Below are positions 36,246 to 44,950 of a DNA stretch of 64,000 bases, piece after piece. Source of the stretch: a virus; IMG/VR virus record IMGVR_UViG_3300028831_000097, positions 1 through 64,000 of that record. One strand, 5' to 3'. Position numbers and translations under genes: made by a program. Under the pieces are notes generated by a model. It saw only the letters and a program-made list of their open reading frames with translations, was not told where the DNA came from and ran no database searches. Each line of letters opens with the position of its first letter. Position 1 is the stretch's first letter.

Positions 36246-36926
36246 GTGTCGATTGAGTATCGAGAAAAGATGCTGGGAGTAAAAACAAAGCGAGATCGCC
36301 AGTTTGAGTTACTCGACGGACGGCTTATCGACACACAAGGACGACTTGCTAAAATCAGGCAATCGCAGCACGAGCAGGCAGGGTTGGATAAGGATCGCTT
36401 TGATGCGCTCATTAACGCACTCGCCCCAATTGCGAATCTAGGGCTCATTAAAGACGAACTTGAAACTATTCACCGGCTGGTTTCCGATCTAACAAACCCG
36501 CCATCACCGCTAGAACCCTTCACGCCATTTCGAGTAGAAGTGGAATCAGGGTTCATTGAGACAGGAGATATTACATTCATGCAGATCACAGATTCACAGC
36601 AATTCAAAATCACATTTCCAGCCCCAGCTGACAAGAAGGGCTTTCCGGCCAGAGTGCAAGACGGCTCCGTGGCTATCACGGTCGGCAATGACACAGCTAC
36701 AATTGAACCCAACCCTGACGATCCATCGAATCCGTTCAGCGCGCTTGTCAAAGGCAATCGCCCCGGCGCGGACGATGGCTCGGAAGTCACCGCTGTTACA
36801 ATCAGTGCCGATGCAGATCTCGGCGAAGGCGTCAGCACTATCAGCAAGGCCGTGGAGTTGCTGGTTACCAGTGGAGCCGCGACTGGATTTGGTGAGCCGA
36901 CCGTAGGCGCGATTGAGGAGCAGTAA
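36246..36926 (+). CDS. Hypothetical protein; N-terminal coiled coil, C-terminal beta-rich (Ig-like?) region
   Basis: GTG start; 226 aa. Confidence 0.5.
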   Translation: MSIEYREKMLGVKTKRDRQFELLDGRLIDTQGRLAKIRQSQHEQAGLDKDRFDALINALAPIANLGLIKDELETIHRLVSDLTNPPSPLEPFTPFRVEVESGFIETGDITFMQITDSQQFKITFPAPADKKGFPARVQDGSVAITVGNDTATIEPNPDDPSNPFSALVKGNRPGADDGSEVTAVTISADADLGEGVSTISKAVELLVTSGAATGFGEPTVGAIEEQ

Positions 36927-36956
36927 GACCTACTGGAACGATGTCCCCTTCCCCCA

Positions 36957-37205
36957 ATGAGTACCCGTGACCCCATGACCGAGCTGGCGGTCACTATGGA
37001 GAATCTTATCGATGCCGTGAAGGTGCTAACGGGGAAGGTGGAATTACTGCAAAACGAGAAAGTGGCACATATTTCCGAAAAGGTAGCGGTGATGGACACC
37101 AACCTGAACCGGCTCCAGTCTATCGTCTACGGCTCAGCCGCGGCGATTGCACTGCAGCTACTTGCAGCCCTCGTAGCAGGACTCGTATGGGCAATCAGGA
37201 AATAG
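36957..37205 (+). CDS. Hypothetical tail-anchored membrane protein
   Basis: Coiled coil followed by C-terminal TM segment AAAIALQLLAALVAGLVWAI. Confidence 0.5.
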   Translation: MSTRDPMTELAVTMENLIDAVKVLTGKVELLQNEKVAHISEKVAVMDTNLNRLQSIVYGSAAAIALQLLAALVAGLVWAIRK

Positions 37206-37627
37206 ATCTTGATCGACTGAAAGCCCGTCTCCGAGCCATGCGTGTGAACCGGGCGACGTGGAGTGAGTGGCTGGTTGATATTGCCGCTGCATTACTGGTT
37301 GACGAGAGTGGGTATATTATCGACGCGACCAAGCCGGCAGATTTGCTCTTCGGCTATATTCCCGGAGAGTTAGCGGGCAAGCCGCTCAAGATAATCATCC
37401 CCACGCGCTATCACGCGGTCCACGATCAGCACTGGACCCGCTACTGGCAAAACCCCGTCACGCAGGCAATGGGTTCGCGAGTGACGGAAGCAGGGCGAGG
37501 CCCGCGCCCGCTGGACATCGTCGGCGCAATGAAGAACGGCACCGAGAAGAATTTAACCATAGGCTTGACGCCGCTGGTAGTAAATGAGTCAAGGTGTGCA
37601 ATTGCGCTGGTTTCAGAGCGCTTTTGA
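37187..37627 (+). CDS. Stand-alone PAS-domain-like protein
   Basis: Pattern LVDESGYIIDATKPADLLFGYIPGELAGKPLKIIIP...H...MKNGTEKNLTIGLTPLV...AIALV matches the PAS fold signature by eye. Confidence 0.5.
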   Translation: MGNQEIDLDRLKARLRAMRVNRATWSEWLVDIAAALLVDESGYIIDATKPADLLFGYIPGELAGKPLKIIIPTRYHAVHDQHWTRYWQNPVTQAMGSRVTEAGRGPRPLDIVGAMKNGTEKNLTIGLTPLVVNESRCAIALVSERF

Positions 37628-37833
37628 ATTGCAAGGTAATTGAAACTGTTACGTAATGTCGAACATGGCAAACTTAGCCCATGCGAAAAGAAGCTGAAGT
37701 GAATGTACCACGCACCGCATTTCGAGAGCATGCAAGGAGTAACGGCGCGAATATCCGCTTGCATGATTTCATTGATGCGCCGGAATTACGACCGCCGCGA
37801 CACTGGTTCCTGCCCACCAAGGAGACACGTAAC

Positions 37834-38103
37834 ATGGCTGACGAGATAAACCGCTCTACTGGCCTGTTTATTCCGTTTCCGCTATTAGGATTGATTCTCA
37901 CGCTCGTATTAGCATTAGGCGGGGGGATCATTGGCATGTACGTGAAGATCGACACCATGCAGGCGACAATGCTGATGCGAGATTCGGACCAGCGCGAGAC
38001 CATTCGGGAGTTAAAGAACAAGCTGGAGTTACAGGAAATGTACGTACGCGACATTCGCGAGACGCTGGCAGCGCGCGGGGAATTAAAAAAGAGAAACAAC
38101 TAA
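37834..38103 (+). CDS. Hypothetical membrane-anchored coiled-coil protein
   Basis: ATG at 37834 with AAGGAG upstream. TM segment LFIPFPLLGLILTLVLALGGGIIGMYV, then a coiled coil. Confidence 0.55.
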   Translation: MADEINRSTGLFIPFPLLGLILTLVLALGGGIIGMYVKIDTMQATMLMRDSDQRETIRELKNKLELQEMYVRDIRETLAARGELKKRNN

Positions 38104-38118
38104 AGGAGCCTACCCGAC

Positions 38119-38349
38119 ATGGGCGAACAAGCTTGCAAGTTGAAGATCATCCTCGATGGTGGCAGTGCTGCCGGATATGCGCAGGCGCTATGCTCTGCCG
38201 CGATGTCCATGACGGATAAGCAGACTACCGCGCTCACCGATGAAAAGGCTTATCCAATTATCAACAATCTAATCAAAGCCGAGCACGCACTTGAAGAGGC
38301 CCACAACGGGTTGCTCGATGTGATCGGGTACGATGGGCCACGGCCCTGA
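38119..38349 (+). CDS. Hypothetical protein; last gene of the rightward module
   Basis: AAAGGAG RBS; 76 aa. Confidence 0.5.
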   Translation: MGEQACKLKIILDGGSAAGYAQALCSAAMSMTDKQTTALTDEKAYPIINNLIKAEHALEEAHNGLLDVIGYDGPRP

Positions 38350-38358
38350 GCGCCTTCG

Positions 38359-39051
38359 TTACCGAATATTATCAAAACTCCCCTTAGCCTGCTTTCTCAT
38401 CTCATTAAACAACATCCCGTTGCCGTAGACATACCCATGCTTTGTCTTGATCCAGTTATCCATCCTCTCCTCGGTGGCAAGGGTGCGCAATTTCGTGTTG
38501 CTGCCGTTCCCGGCTCTGACTACTTCACCACGCAGTAAGTGCATCGGCATGAAGCAGCGTAACTTTCCATCCGACACAACTGCCCCGATTCCCTGCGCGT
38601 GGTAGACGTTGATTTGCCCATCGTCGAACTCGTTGATTAGCCGACGCAATGCGAGCTTAGGAATCTGTACCGCTTGCACAGTAGTTGTAAGCCACGTCAG
38701 AAAGAACTTATCCATGTCGTTGGGGAGTTGATGAGAGAGTAGGGAATTAGCAACTTCCTCGAAAGCTGAGAGGACTCCAACGTCTCGGTAGTACTGGGCC
38801 AGTCGAACCAGCTTGGGACGATCTAGGCCCATGGGAGGATTCGAATCAACTTCTTTCTTCTCCGACTTCAGCGGTAACGGTTTGCCATCACGCACAGCTA
38901 CCTCCTCACCTGATAACGTAGCTTGTATACCTGTGACTTTTACGCTTAGTAAAAACTGTAAGTGCTGATTACAGTTCGGACATGTAAATCCTCGTGTTTC
39001 CTTCTCAATTGCCTCCAACTGTAAAGCGGTCTTTAGTCTGGGATCGCTCAT
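38359..39051 (-). CDS. Hypothetical protein with an N-terminal CxxC motif
   Basis: ATG at 39051 with AAGGAA upstream. Its stop lies 9 nt from the convergent + strand stop. Confidence 0.55.
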   Translation of the reverse strand: MSDPRLKTALQLEAIEKETRGFTCPNCNQHLQFLLSVKVTGIQATLSGEEVAVRDGKPLPLKSEKKEVDSNPPMGLDRPKLVRLAQYYRDVGVLSAFEEVANSLLSHQLPNDMDKFFLTWLTTTVQAVQIPKLALRRLINEFDDGQINVYHAQGIGAVVSDGKLRCFMPMHLLRGEVVRAGNGSNTKLRTLATEERMDNWIKTKHGYVYGNGMLFNEMRKQAKGSFDNIR

Positions 39052-39188
39052 GGTTTTTCCTTTCAAGTTGTCAAATTATCTCAGCAACAGAGCGCCACTT
39101 AGCCTGTCACCGCCTCACGACGCTCTGCTGTTCTCAGTCGAACTAACTAACTTCTCTTTCTCCTTTGTTTAGTGTTCTTCTCTAATAT

Positions 39189-39404
39189 CTAACCCGGTAA
39201 CTGGAAAGAATTATTCGACGCTTCCCGATCCTGCACCTTCGGCATAATTTCCTGCAACTTCCGCTGTAATACCGAGATCGTCAACATCACTTCCTGTCGC
39301 TCATTAGCACTGAGAAATGTAAATGTGCTGGTGAAGGGATCGAATACTGAGAGGTAGAGATAGAACCCTAATAAGTAATCGTATTCTGTTTTAGCTGCGT
39401 CCAT
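39189..39404 (-). CDS. Hypothetical protein
   Basis: ATG at 39404 preceded by GGAG. Confidence 0.45.
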   Translation of the reverse strand: MDAAKTEYDYLLGFYLYLSVFDPFTSTFTFLSANERQEVMLTISVLQRKLQEIMPKVQDREASNNSFQLPG

Positions 39405-39672
39405 TTGAATCTCCAAATTGAGCTTTCACTGCGCGTAAGGTTGCGATAGTTGATTCGATCTGTGCGAGATCGATTCTAATCGCTTTGATCTTCTCGTACT
39501 CAGCCGCAGTGATCTCGTAAGTAGTGAAACGTTGATAGCAGTGATTACATTGATGCCGACGACGACGAGATTTGCCTGAGACTGAGTCGCGTGAGTCGAT
39601 CACAGAACTACTATTGTGATGACAGTGCGGGCAGTCCAAGCCAACTGGAAGATTTTTCGTTGAGCGTCTCAC
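39391..39672 (-). CDS. NrdR-like zinc-ribbon protein lacking the ATP-cone
   Basis: CPHC-x5-VIDSRDS-x6-RRRRHQCNHCYQRFTTYE aligns with the NrdR N-terminal zinc ribbon (CPxC..V.DSR...RRRR.C..C..RFTT.E). Only 93 aa, with a coiled-coil C-terminus. Confidence 0.6.
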   Translation of the reverse strand: MRRSTKNLPVGLDCPHCHHNSSSVIDSRDSVSGKSRRRRHQCNHCYQRFTTYEITAAEYEKIKAIRIDLAQIESTIATLRAVKAQFGDSNGRS

Positions 39673-39851
39673 TTCTTCTCAGTGTAGTTGGGAAGTGACT
39701 TGCGAACTACCGCATCTCGATCCAACAACGGTGCTCCACTATCTCTCACATTCGTCCTCGGGAGATTGAGCCGCTCTGCATCGGATTGCCACTTGACTGG
39801 CTCCAGCTTGTCCAGTACGTCGTTGATTTCTTTGGGAGTAGGGTTGCTCAT
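39669..39851 (-). CDS. Hypothetical protein
   Basis: ATGA overlap upstream and GTGA overlap downstream. Confidence 0.5.
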   Translation of the reverse strand: MSNPTPKEINDVLDKLEPVKWQSDAERLNLPRTNVRDSGAPLLDRDAVVRKSLPNYTEKK

Positions 39852-40063
39852 TTGCGTTCCTCGATTACTTGTCTCAGGTAGACCACAAGGTCCAATGCTT
39901 CTTCGTAAGCGTCCTGTAATGCGTCTCGCCCATTGTTCGCCTGCAAAGGCGTCCCGTATCTCTCGCGGCCTACCTGATCGCGTTCATACATATCTGTGAT
40001 GACTAATTCCCAAATCGGCCGGGAGTCGTTAGCTATTGGCGCTGGCTGCGCTTCGTTAATCAT
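39848..40063 (-). CDS. Hypothetical helical protein (conserved phage pattern RYGTPLQ..NGRD..DAYEE.LD...YL)
   Basis: ATG at 40063 in an ATGA overlap with the upstream stop; 71 aa. May be related to all-alpha NTP-PPase-like proteins, which is only a guess. Confidence 0.45.
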   Translation of the reverse strand: MINEAQPAPIANDSRPIWELVITDMYERDQVGRERYGTPLQANNGRDALQDAYEEALDLVVYLRQVIEERK

Positions 40064-40257
40064 CCCACCCTCCACATCCTCCCCACTTCCTCCCACTCCC
40101 CGAACACTACTCGCGAACTCAACTCCATCAGCGACAAGCTGTCCTCTCTGTACTCCTGCATCTCGTCGTACTGTCGCAACATCTGCGTGCCGCACTGATT
40201 GCACAATTGCTGGAATTTGTCGGGTTCGTAGGAGTCGTGGCATTCAGCGCAGAGCAT
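40060..40257 (-). CDS. Small zinc-ribbon protein
   Basis: ATG at 40257; CAEC-x13-CNQC. Confidence 0.45.
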   Translation of the reverse strand: MLCAECHDSYEPDKFQQLCNQCGTQMLRQYDEMQEYREDSLSLMELSSRVVFGEWEEVGRMWRVG

Positions 40258-40274
40258 TTGTTTGCGTCCTCGGC

Positions 40275-40751
40275 TTAGCTGATGTCGTTGGAGTCGAACT
40301 GCTCGTGATACCGTTCTTCCAGTAACTTCCAAACTGCATCGCTACCTTCACGCAGCAGTAACTCAAACACGGGTTCTGCGTTCAGTCCGCTGCCATCGTA
40401 ATAGCACGCGCCGCCTGTCCATTCGCAATCGCCTGTCAATGGTTCCTGATCCTCGTACATCGGCACTTTGGAATGGTAGCCTAAGTCAGCAGCCATCGGG
40501 TGGTATAGAGCGCTAATGTCGTACTTGTCCAGCAAACCGCTTTGCGCCTTCTGTAACGTGCGCTCGTCCTGCTCCGCTTGCACGTGCGGTAACATCCAAT
40601 TGGTAAACACTTTGAACTGAATAGCACCCTTCTTGCCTAGGACCAGCATTAACAACTCGACGCCGTGGACGCCGTAATTCTTTCGTGGATCAGTATTGCG
40701 CTTGTCAAACGCCGGGGAAAACTCAACAATTCGTTGTAGGTTATCGCTCAT
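40275..40751 (-). CDS. Hypothetical conserved phage protein
   Basis: 158 aa with motifs YGVHGVEL, DLGYHS and CYYDGSGL. Confidence 0.55.
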   Translation of the reverse strand: MSDNLQRIVEFSPAFDKRNTDPRKNYGVHGVELLMLVLGKKGAIQFKVFTNWMLPHVQAEQDERTLQKAQSGLLDKYDISALYHPMAADLGYHSKVPMYEDQEPLTGDCEWTGGACYYDGSGLNAEPVFELLLREGSDAVWKLLEERYHEQFDSNDIS

Positions 40752-40754
40752 CTC

Positions 40755-41003
40755 TCACTCTCCACTCGTAGCGGGGGTTGCATTGGTGTCGTTGTAGGCG
40801 TCTTTCAACTTTCGCAGCCCTTGGTCAAACACGCCAATCGCATCATCGATCGCTTCCTTACGCGACTGCCCGCATCCGATGCATAAACCGTCAAAGTCAC
40901 CAACGTCCGTATTCAACCAGACCCACCAGTTTCCGTCTTCGTTGGAAATATGAATTTGATTACTGTCTAATTCTAAATGCTCGCCCTGTGTCGATTTACT
41001 CAC
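40755..41003 (-). CDS. Hypothetical protein
   Basis: GTG at 41003 with GGAGG 5 nt upstream. Confidence 0.45.
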   Translation of the reverse strand: MSKSTQGEHLELDSNQIHISNEDGNWWVWLNTDVGDFDGLCIGCGQSRKEAIDDAIGVFDQGLRKLKDAYNDTNATPATSGE

Positions 41004-41559
41004 TTGAACCTCCCGCTGCACCTTGCGCACTCTCCACGCCCTCCCCAGAACTCGCTCCTGACGACGACGCACTTTGGCCCAGCCCGTCGCTCACCCGCGT
41101 CATAGACTTGGCAGTACTGCGAGTGGGATTCGCCGGAGCAGACGATGCGCCATTCGTTGACGATCTCCCTGCCGCACTGGCTGCATGCGACTTTCCCGAG
41201 TCGAACTCGTGATACCCCAAATATCCCGCACTCTTGTCATGGATCGGATCTCCCTCAACGGCTTGGCATTCCGCACCGTTACCACCCCCACTATCGGAGA
41301 TGTAGGTACACATCTCAGCCGGCGTCGGTCTACGATCGGGAAGGTTACGTTTTAGTGCTGCCTCGATCCCCGCTGCTCGTTGGGATTTCTTAACGGACCT
41401 CTTCGTCGTCTTCTTCACCACCTTCCCCGGACTGAGTGATTCGACGAGTTGCTCACGATCACTCTCACTCAGACTGCGCAGTGTTTCGAGGAGCGCGGAT
41501 TCGTCGTCGGTGAGATTGCGCAGGATTGCATACGCTTTTAGTACTTGCTTAAAGTTCAA
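40996..41559 (-). CDS. Hypothetical protein with a disordered Ser/Gly/Ala-rich C-terminus
   Basis: TTG at 41559 with AAGGAG 8 nt upstream. The alternative ATG at 41601 has no SD sequence. Confidence 0.45.
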   Translation of the reverse strand: MNFKQVLKAYAILRNLTDDESALLETLRSLSESDREQLVESLSPGKVVKKTTKRSVKKSQRAAGIEAALKRNLPDRRPTPAEMCTYISDSGGGNGAECQAVEGDPIHDKSAGYLGYHEFDSGKSHAASAAGRSSTNGASSAPANPTRSTAKSMTRVSDGLGQSASSSGASSGEGVESAQGAAGGSSE

Positions 41560-42277
41560 CTGATTGCTCCTTTGTTTTATGGGCTGCTCGAAATCTTGCA
41601 TTTGCAGCTCGGGTTCTACACGGGACACCACAGAACCTTTGAGACTTATAACCGGGCCTAAATTCATTGCCGCACCGCTCGCAGAAACCACGTACAGGCA
41701 ACGGCGTCACGGCGTCGATTTCATTGTATCCCTTAGATAGTCGGCCTAACACGGTTCCCCTCGGCACCCCGTTCAACTTGGCCCAGTCACTTGCGCACAA
41801 TGTTATGCCGTCCAGTGTGATTAAACGAGTCGCTCTCGTGTTACGCATTTGCTCTTTTCGCGTGGCCCACTTCACGTTACTCGGTTCGTATCCTTTACTA
41901 TTATCGATCCGCTCTATAGTGTAATCAGGAAACGGTCTATGGCCCACGTCTTTAAGGAAACATGCAAACGACTCTGCCCATTCTCGACAGATCGTAATAC
42001 CCCTACTGCCGTAATACTGAAAGGCCGGAGAATTTGGGTTCAAGCATCGGTCCTTGATACCCGACCACAGGTAGTATTCCGGAAGTTCGGAGTATCCGTG
42101 CCGTTCGTATCCGATCTGAGTACGTTGCGAACGAACGGGACGCCCAACACGTCTAGCGTAAGTCTCGTTGGACTGGGCGCGTGAGCACGGCTTGCACAAA
42201 GAATTCAGGCCGTCCTTTGACGAGCTAGATTTCGTAAATCCGTTCTCCGTGGAACCACAACGCCTACACGCTTTCAT
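41549..42277 (-). CDS. Endonuclease-like protein (same family as 25108..25623) flanked by zinc ribbons; copy 2 of 3
   Basis: Motifs LPEYYLWSGIKDRC, YGSRGITICREW, FLKDVGHRP and ERIDNSKGYEPSNVKW. N-terminal CRRC..CKPC and C-terminal CERC..C..PC. Confidence 0.55.
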   Translation of the reverse strand: MKACRRCGSTENGFTKSSSSKDGLNSLCKPCSRAQSNETYARRVGRPVRSQRTQIGYERHGYSELPEYYLWSGIKDRCLNPNSPAFQYYGSRGITICREWAESFACFLKDVGHRPFPDYTIERIDNSKGYEPSNVKWATRKEQMRNTRATRLITLDGITLCASDWAKLNGVPRGTVLGRLSKGYNEIDAVTPLPVRGFCERCGNEFRPGYKSQRFCGVPCRTRAANARFRAAHKTKEQSVEL

Positions 42278-42282
42278 CGACT

Positions 42283-42591
42283 TTACCCCTCACATCCCTT
42301 CAGCATCTTCTCGCATTGCTTGACAATCGCCAGCGCCTTCTCTGGCGTGTCGAAGTAGACCGCTTCACGAGCCTTCTGTCGTAGTGCTTCGTTGCGCTTC
42401 CCGGCCTGACAGGCGCGTAACTTCTCCCCCTTGTCCCAGCGCTCGATCAGCTTGCGCGCCTGCTTTACTTCAGCAGGTTCGGGACGCTCCTTGTAGCCGT
42501 TCATCTGATAGGATGACGGAATTCTTTCCAGTAGGTAGCGTTGCTGTACCGTTAACTGTTTGCTGTTGGGTATAGTTTTACTTCGTCGCAT
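42283..42591 (-). CDS. Hypothetical protein
   Basis: 102-aa ORF in operon register. Confidence 0.5.
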   Translation of the reverse strand: MRRSKTIPNSKQLTVQQRYLLERIPSSYQMNGYKERPEPAEVKQARKLIERWDKGEKLRACQAGKRNEALRQKAREAVYFDTPEKALAIVKQCEKMLKGCEG

Positions 42592-42871
42592 CTTTCATCT
42601 CCTTCTCGCGTTGTTCAATTTCTTTCAGGATCTCTCCCGCAATAGCTTCGTCGTCATCTCCGTAAGGATTGTCAGGCGCGGTCTTCATCGTTGCAATTAC
42701 AGCCTGAACCCACGCGCTTGCTTCAGAAGCGATCGATGAGAACTTCCCACGATTAGTGATTACGTCTAGTCCCTTAGTGAATGAATCCTTGCCACTGCCG
42801 GCCGGAATCGCAAGTAGCGCCATCTTGCGCGCAATTAGACGACGAACATTAGGACCGATTTGTTGCGTCAT
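42578..42871 (-). CDS. Hypothetical protein
   Basis: 97-aa ORF. Confidence 0.5.
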   Translation of the reverse strand: MTQQIGPNVRRLIARKMALLAIPAGSGKDSFTKGLDVITNRGKFSSIASEASAWVQAVIATMKTAPDNPYGDDDEAIAGEILKEIEQREKEMKDATK

Positions 42872-43040
42872 CTCTCTTCTCCTCTCGTTGTCGTAGCCAG
42901 ATGATGAACTCGGATAACTTCAACTGCTCCGCCATGCGCTCTGGCGGCTTAAAAGTCTCGTCGATGTACTCCCGCGCGAGTGATTCGTATTCGGAGAGTG
43001 TTAGCAGGAATCGATCTTTGCTCATGGCGTTCAACTCCAT
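42849..43040 (-). CDS. Hypothetical protein
   Basis: Start is uncertain: ATG at 43040, or ATG at 43025 which has a GGAG upstream. Confidence 0.4.
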   Translation of the reverse strand: MELNAMSKDRFLLTLSEYESLAREYIDETFKPPERMAEQLKLSEFIIWLRQREEKRDDATNRS

Positions 43041-43154
43041 AACCAAACCCACACAGTTGCCATGCCCAGTCCAATCACCACGCCGAGCAGCACAAGCGCA
43101 ATCGCAATACACCCTCCACTCGCAGCGGAGGAGTTGTGGGCGTCGGTCATTCGT

Positions 43155-43436
43155 TTAGTCCTCTGGCCATTCAATTTCAGCCCAGTGGGTTACGAGATAT
43201 TCGTCGTCAGCCGTCAGATATCCCTCACCGCCGCGTTCGTAGACCTCATGGTCATGTATGGCCCATAGCCATCCGTTTTCGCCGTCCACGCGACCACCGA
43301 GAGCCATTAGATCGCAGTGGTCATATCCCTGCTCGTTAGGTTTCAAGATTACGTGGACCACCTTGTCCATCGCGGGCAATCGTTCTGGATGCGCGTCATT
43401 GTCGGCGGGGTCTGGTTCAACTTTAATCCACTTCAT
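43155..43436 (-). CDS. DUF551-like phage protein
   Basis: ATG at 43436. The C-terminal ...YLVTHWAEIEWPE resembles the DUF551 ..THW.P.P.P ending. Confidence 0.45.
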   Translation of the reverse strand: MKWIKVEPDPADNDAHPERLPAMDKVVHVILKPNEQGYDHCDLMALGGRVDGENGWLWAIHDHEVYERGGEGYLTADDEYLVTHWAEIEWPED

Positions 43437-43600
43437 CTCAACTCCATCTCTCGATACTTGTTCAAATCTACGTCCCCGCACTCACACTTGTTCGAGTGGT
43501 CCAGAAACACATGCGACTTCTTCCCTTCCTCGCGAGTGACACAGCGTAACTTCGCTATTCGATCAGGAGTCCACTGCTCGATCTCTTCTTCGTCGCTCAT
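43433..43600 (-). CDS. Hypothetical 55-aa protein (below the ORF-track cutoff)
   Basis: ATGA overlaps at both ends, with the dnaN stop and with the next gene's start. Own translation begins MSDEEEIEQWTPDRIAKLRCVTREEGKKSHVFLDHSNKCECGD... Confidence 0.5.
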   Translation of the reverse strand: MSDEEEIEQWTPDRIAKLRCVTREEGKKSHVFLDHSNKCECGDVDLNKYREMELR

Positions 43601-44694
43601 AACCTCGTCGGCACTATTACGTATTCAAAATTAGAATTGTCTGTCAGCCGTAAGACTGAGCTTCCGTCTTTCAGCGTGCATTCGGTTGTCTCCCCGGCGA
43701 ATCTCAGAAAATCCATTACGTAGTCAGGGTTGATGCCCATATAAATCAAATCCCCGTTCAGGTTTGAACTCAGCGCCACGGATTCTTCAGATCGGCCCTT
43801 GACTCCATGCTTCGTGTCGATTACAAGTTCTTCTTTTCCGAAGACTAAAACCACGCCAAGTAAAATTCTGCCGACTCCGGTTTTGAATGTTTCCTCACGG
43901 GTCACGTTCGCTCGCTTCAGAGCTTCCATAAATTCTTCGGTCGAACACTGAGCCGTCAAAGGTAAATGCTTCGGCATGAACATCTGCCAGTTGGGAAATG
44001 TTCCTGTACTCAATCGGGTAATCAACATTCTCGGTCCAAAACTAAACGACGCCTGATTCCCATCCTGCCAGATCAATACCTCTTCGGATTTCAACCGGGG
44101 CAACAGCAAGGCGGCATTCAGTGGAACGAATAGATTCAGGTTCCCCGCAGCCGGGATCGTCGCCACGCCTAAGCGATGCGTATTGGTGCCGACAACTTTC
44201 AGCTCGCCGTCTTTAGCCTCCAGTTTTATTCCCTGTACCATCCACTGCATTGTGTCTTCATGGGCGGCGCAGGGAAGTACGCGTTCTAAAGCTGAAGCCA
44301 AATCATCTGTCTTGACCGAGAGCCGCTCGCCTTCTGCCACTGGTCCCTGAACGTCGGGAAACTTGGAAAACTCGGTTACGGGCAATCTGTGACGTGAACG
44401 GCCCCATGTGATTTGAATATGTTCACCCTGAACCGTAAAAGTTATTTCCTCTGCTTTAGCCAGTCGAATCAAATCGTTTAGCTGTCGAGCCGGGATACAT
44501 CCTTGCCAGTCTTTGCCCTCCACAGGAACGTCCGTAAATAGCGCCATATCTGCGTTAGAAGCCAGCAGGGAGGCATTTCCGTCCCGAACCTCGAACCTGA
44601 TAGTCGAAAGGGCAGGAATGACGTTTCTCTCCCCAGCAATATGCGCCAGAAGAGAAAGTTCCACAGCTAATGCTTTACGATTTATTTTGAACAT
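43597..44694 (-). CDS. dnaN: DNA polymerase III beta subunit (sliding clamp)
   Basis: 365 aa with three-domain length. Motifs ...LLASNADMAL..., GTNTHRLGVA, TGTFPNWQMFMP and a C-terminal YVIVPTRL. Confidence 0.8.
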   Translation of the reverse strand: MFKINRKALAVELSLLAHIAGERNVIPALSTIRFEVRDGNASLLASNADMALFTDVPVEGKDWQGCIPARQLNDLIRLAKAEEITFTVQGEHIQITWGRSRHRLPVTEFSKFPDVQGPVAEGERLSVKTDDLASALERVLPCAAHEDTMQWMVQGIKLEAKDGELKVVGTNTHRLGVATIPAAGNLNLFVPLNAALLLPRLKSEEVLIWQDGNQASFSFGPRMLITRLSTGTFPNWQMFMPKHLPLTAQCSTEEFMEALKRANVTREETFKTGVGRILLGVVLVFGKEELVIDTKHGVKGRSEESVALSSNLNGDLIYMGINPDYVMDFLRFAGETTECTLKDGSSVLRLTDNSNFEYVIVPTRL

Positions 44695-44950
44695 GTCTCG
44701 TGGTTAGATCCTGAATGTCTTTCAGGGTTGCGCGCAAATCCTCCGCCTCGGAAGCGTAGAGATCTCGTTCTTCAATAAGACTGGCGTTCTCGTCGTCAAC
44801 CTTTTCCAGTCGAGCAAGTTCAGTTGCGGCCTCGTCCAGCTTTGTTGCGAGATGCTCGATCTTCTCGGCGTCCGTAGTTACGCCAAGATGTAGAGGCCAG
44901 TGATTCATTCTGGCATTAAGAACCAGATTTGTAATTTCCTGTCCTTCCAT
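44675..44950 (-). CDS. Hypothetical coiled-coil protein
   Basis: ATG at 44950 overlaps the upstream TAA by 1 nt. Confidence 0.5.
   Translation of the reverse strand: MEGQEITNLVLNARMNHWPLHLGVTTDAEKIEHLATKLDEAATELARLEKVDDENASLIEERDLYASEAEDLRATLKDIQDLTTRHVQNKS

Noticed and set aside
37729-37765. An intrinsic terminator after the PAS-like gene (CATGCAAG-21 nt-CTTGCATG)
   Set aside because: The stem is only 8 bp with a large loop and a weak, interrupted T-run (ATTTCATT). Evidence is insufficient to list it as a feature.
39085-39133. A terminator hairpin in the 122-bp gap upstream of 38359..39051
   Set aside because: The 7-10 bp stem (CAGAGCG/CGCTCTG, extendable with a G-U pair) has a 27-nt loop and no U-tract on the transcribed strand, so it is too weak to call.
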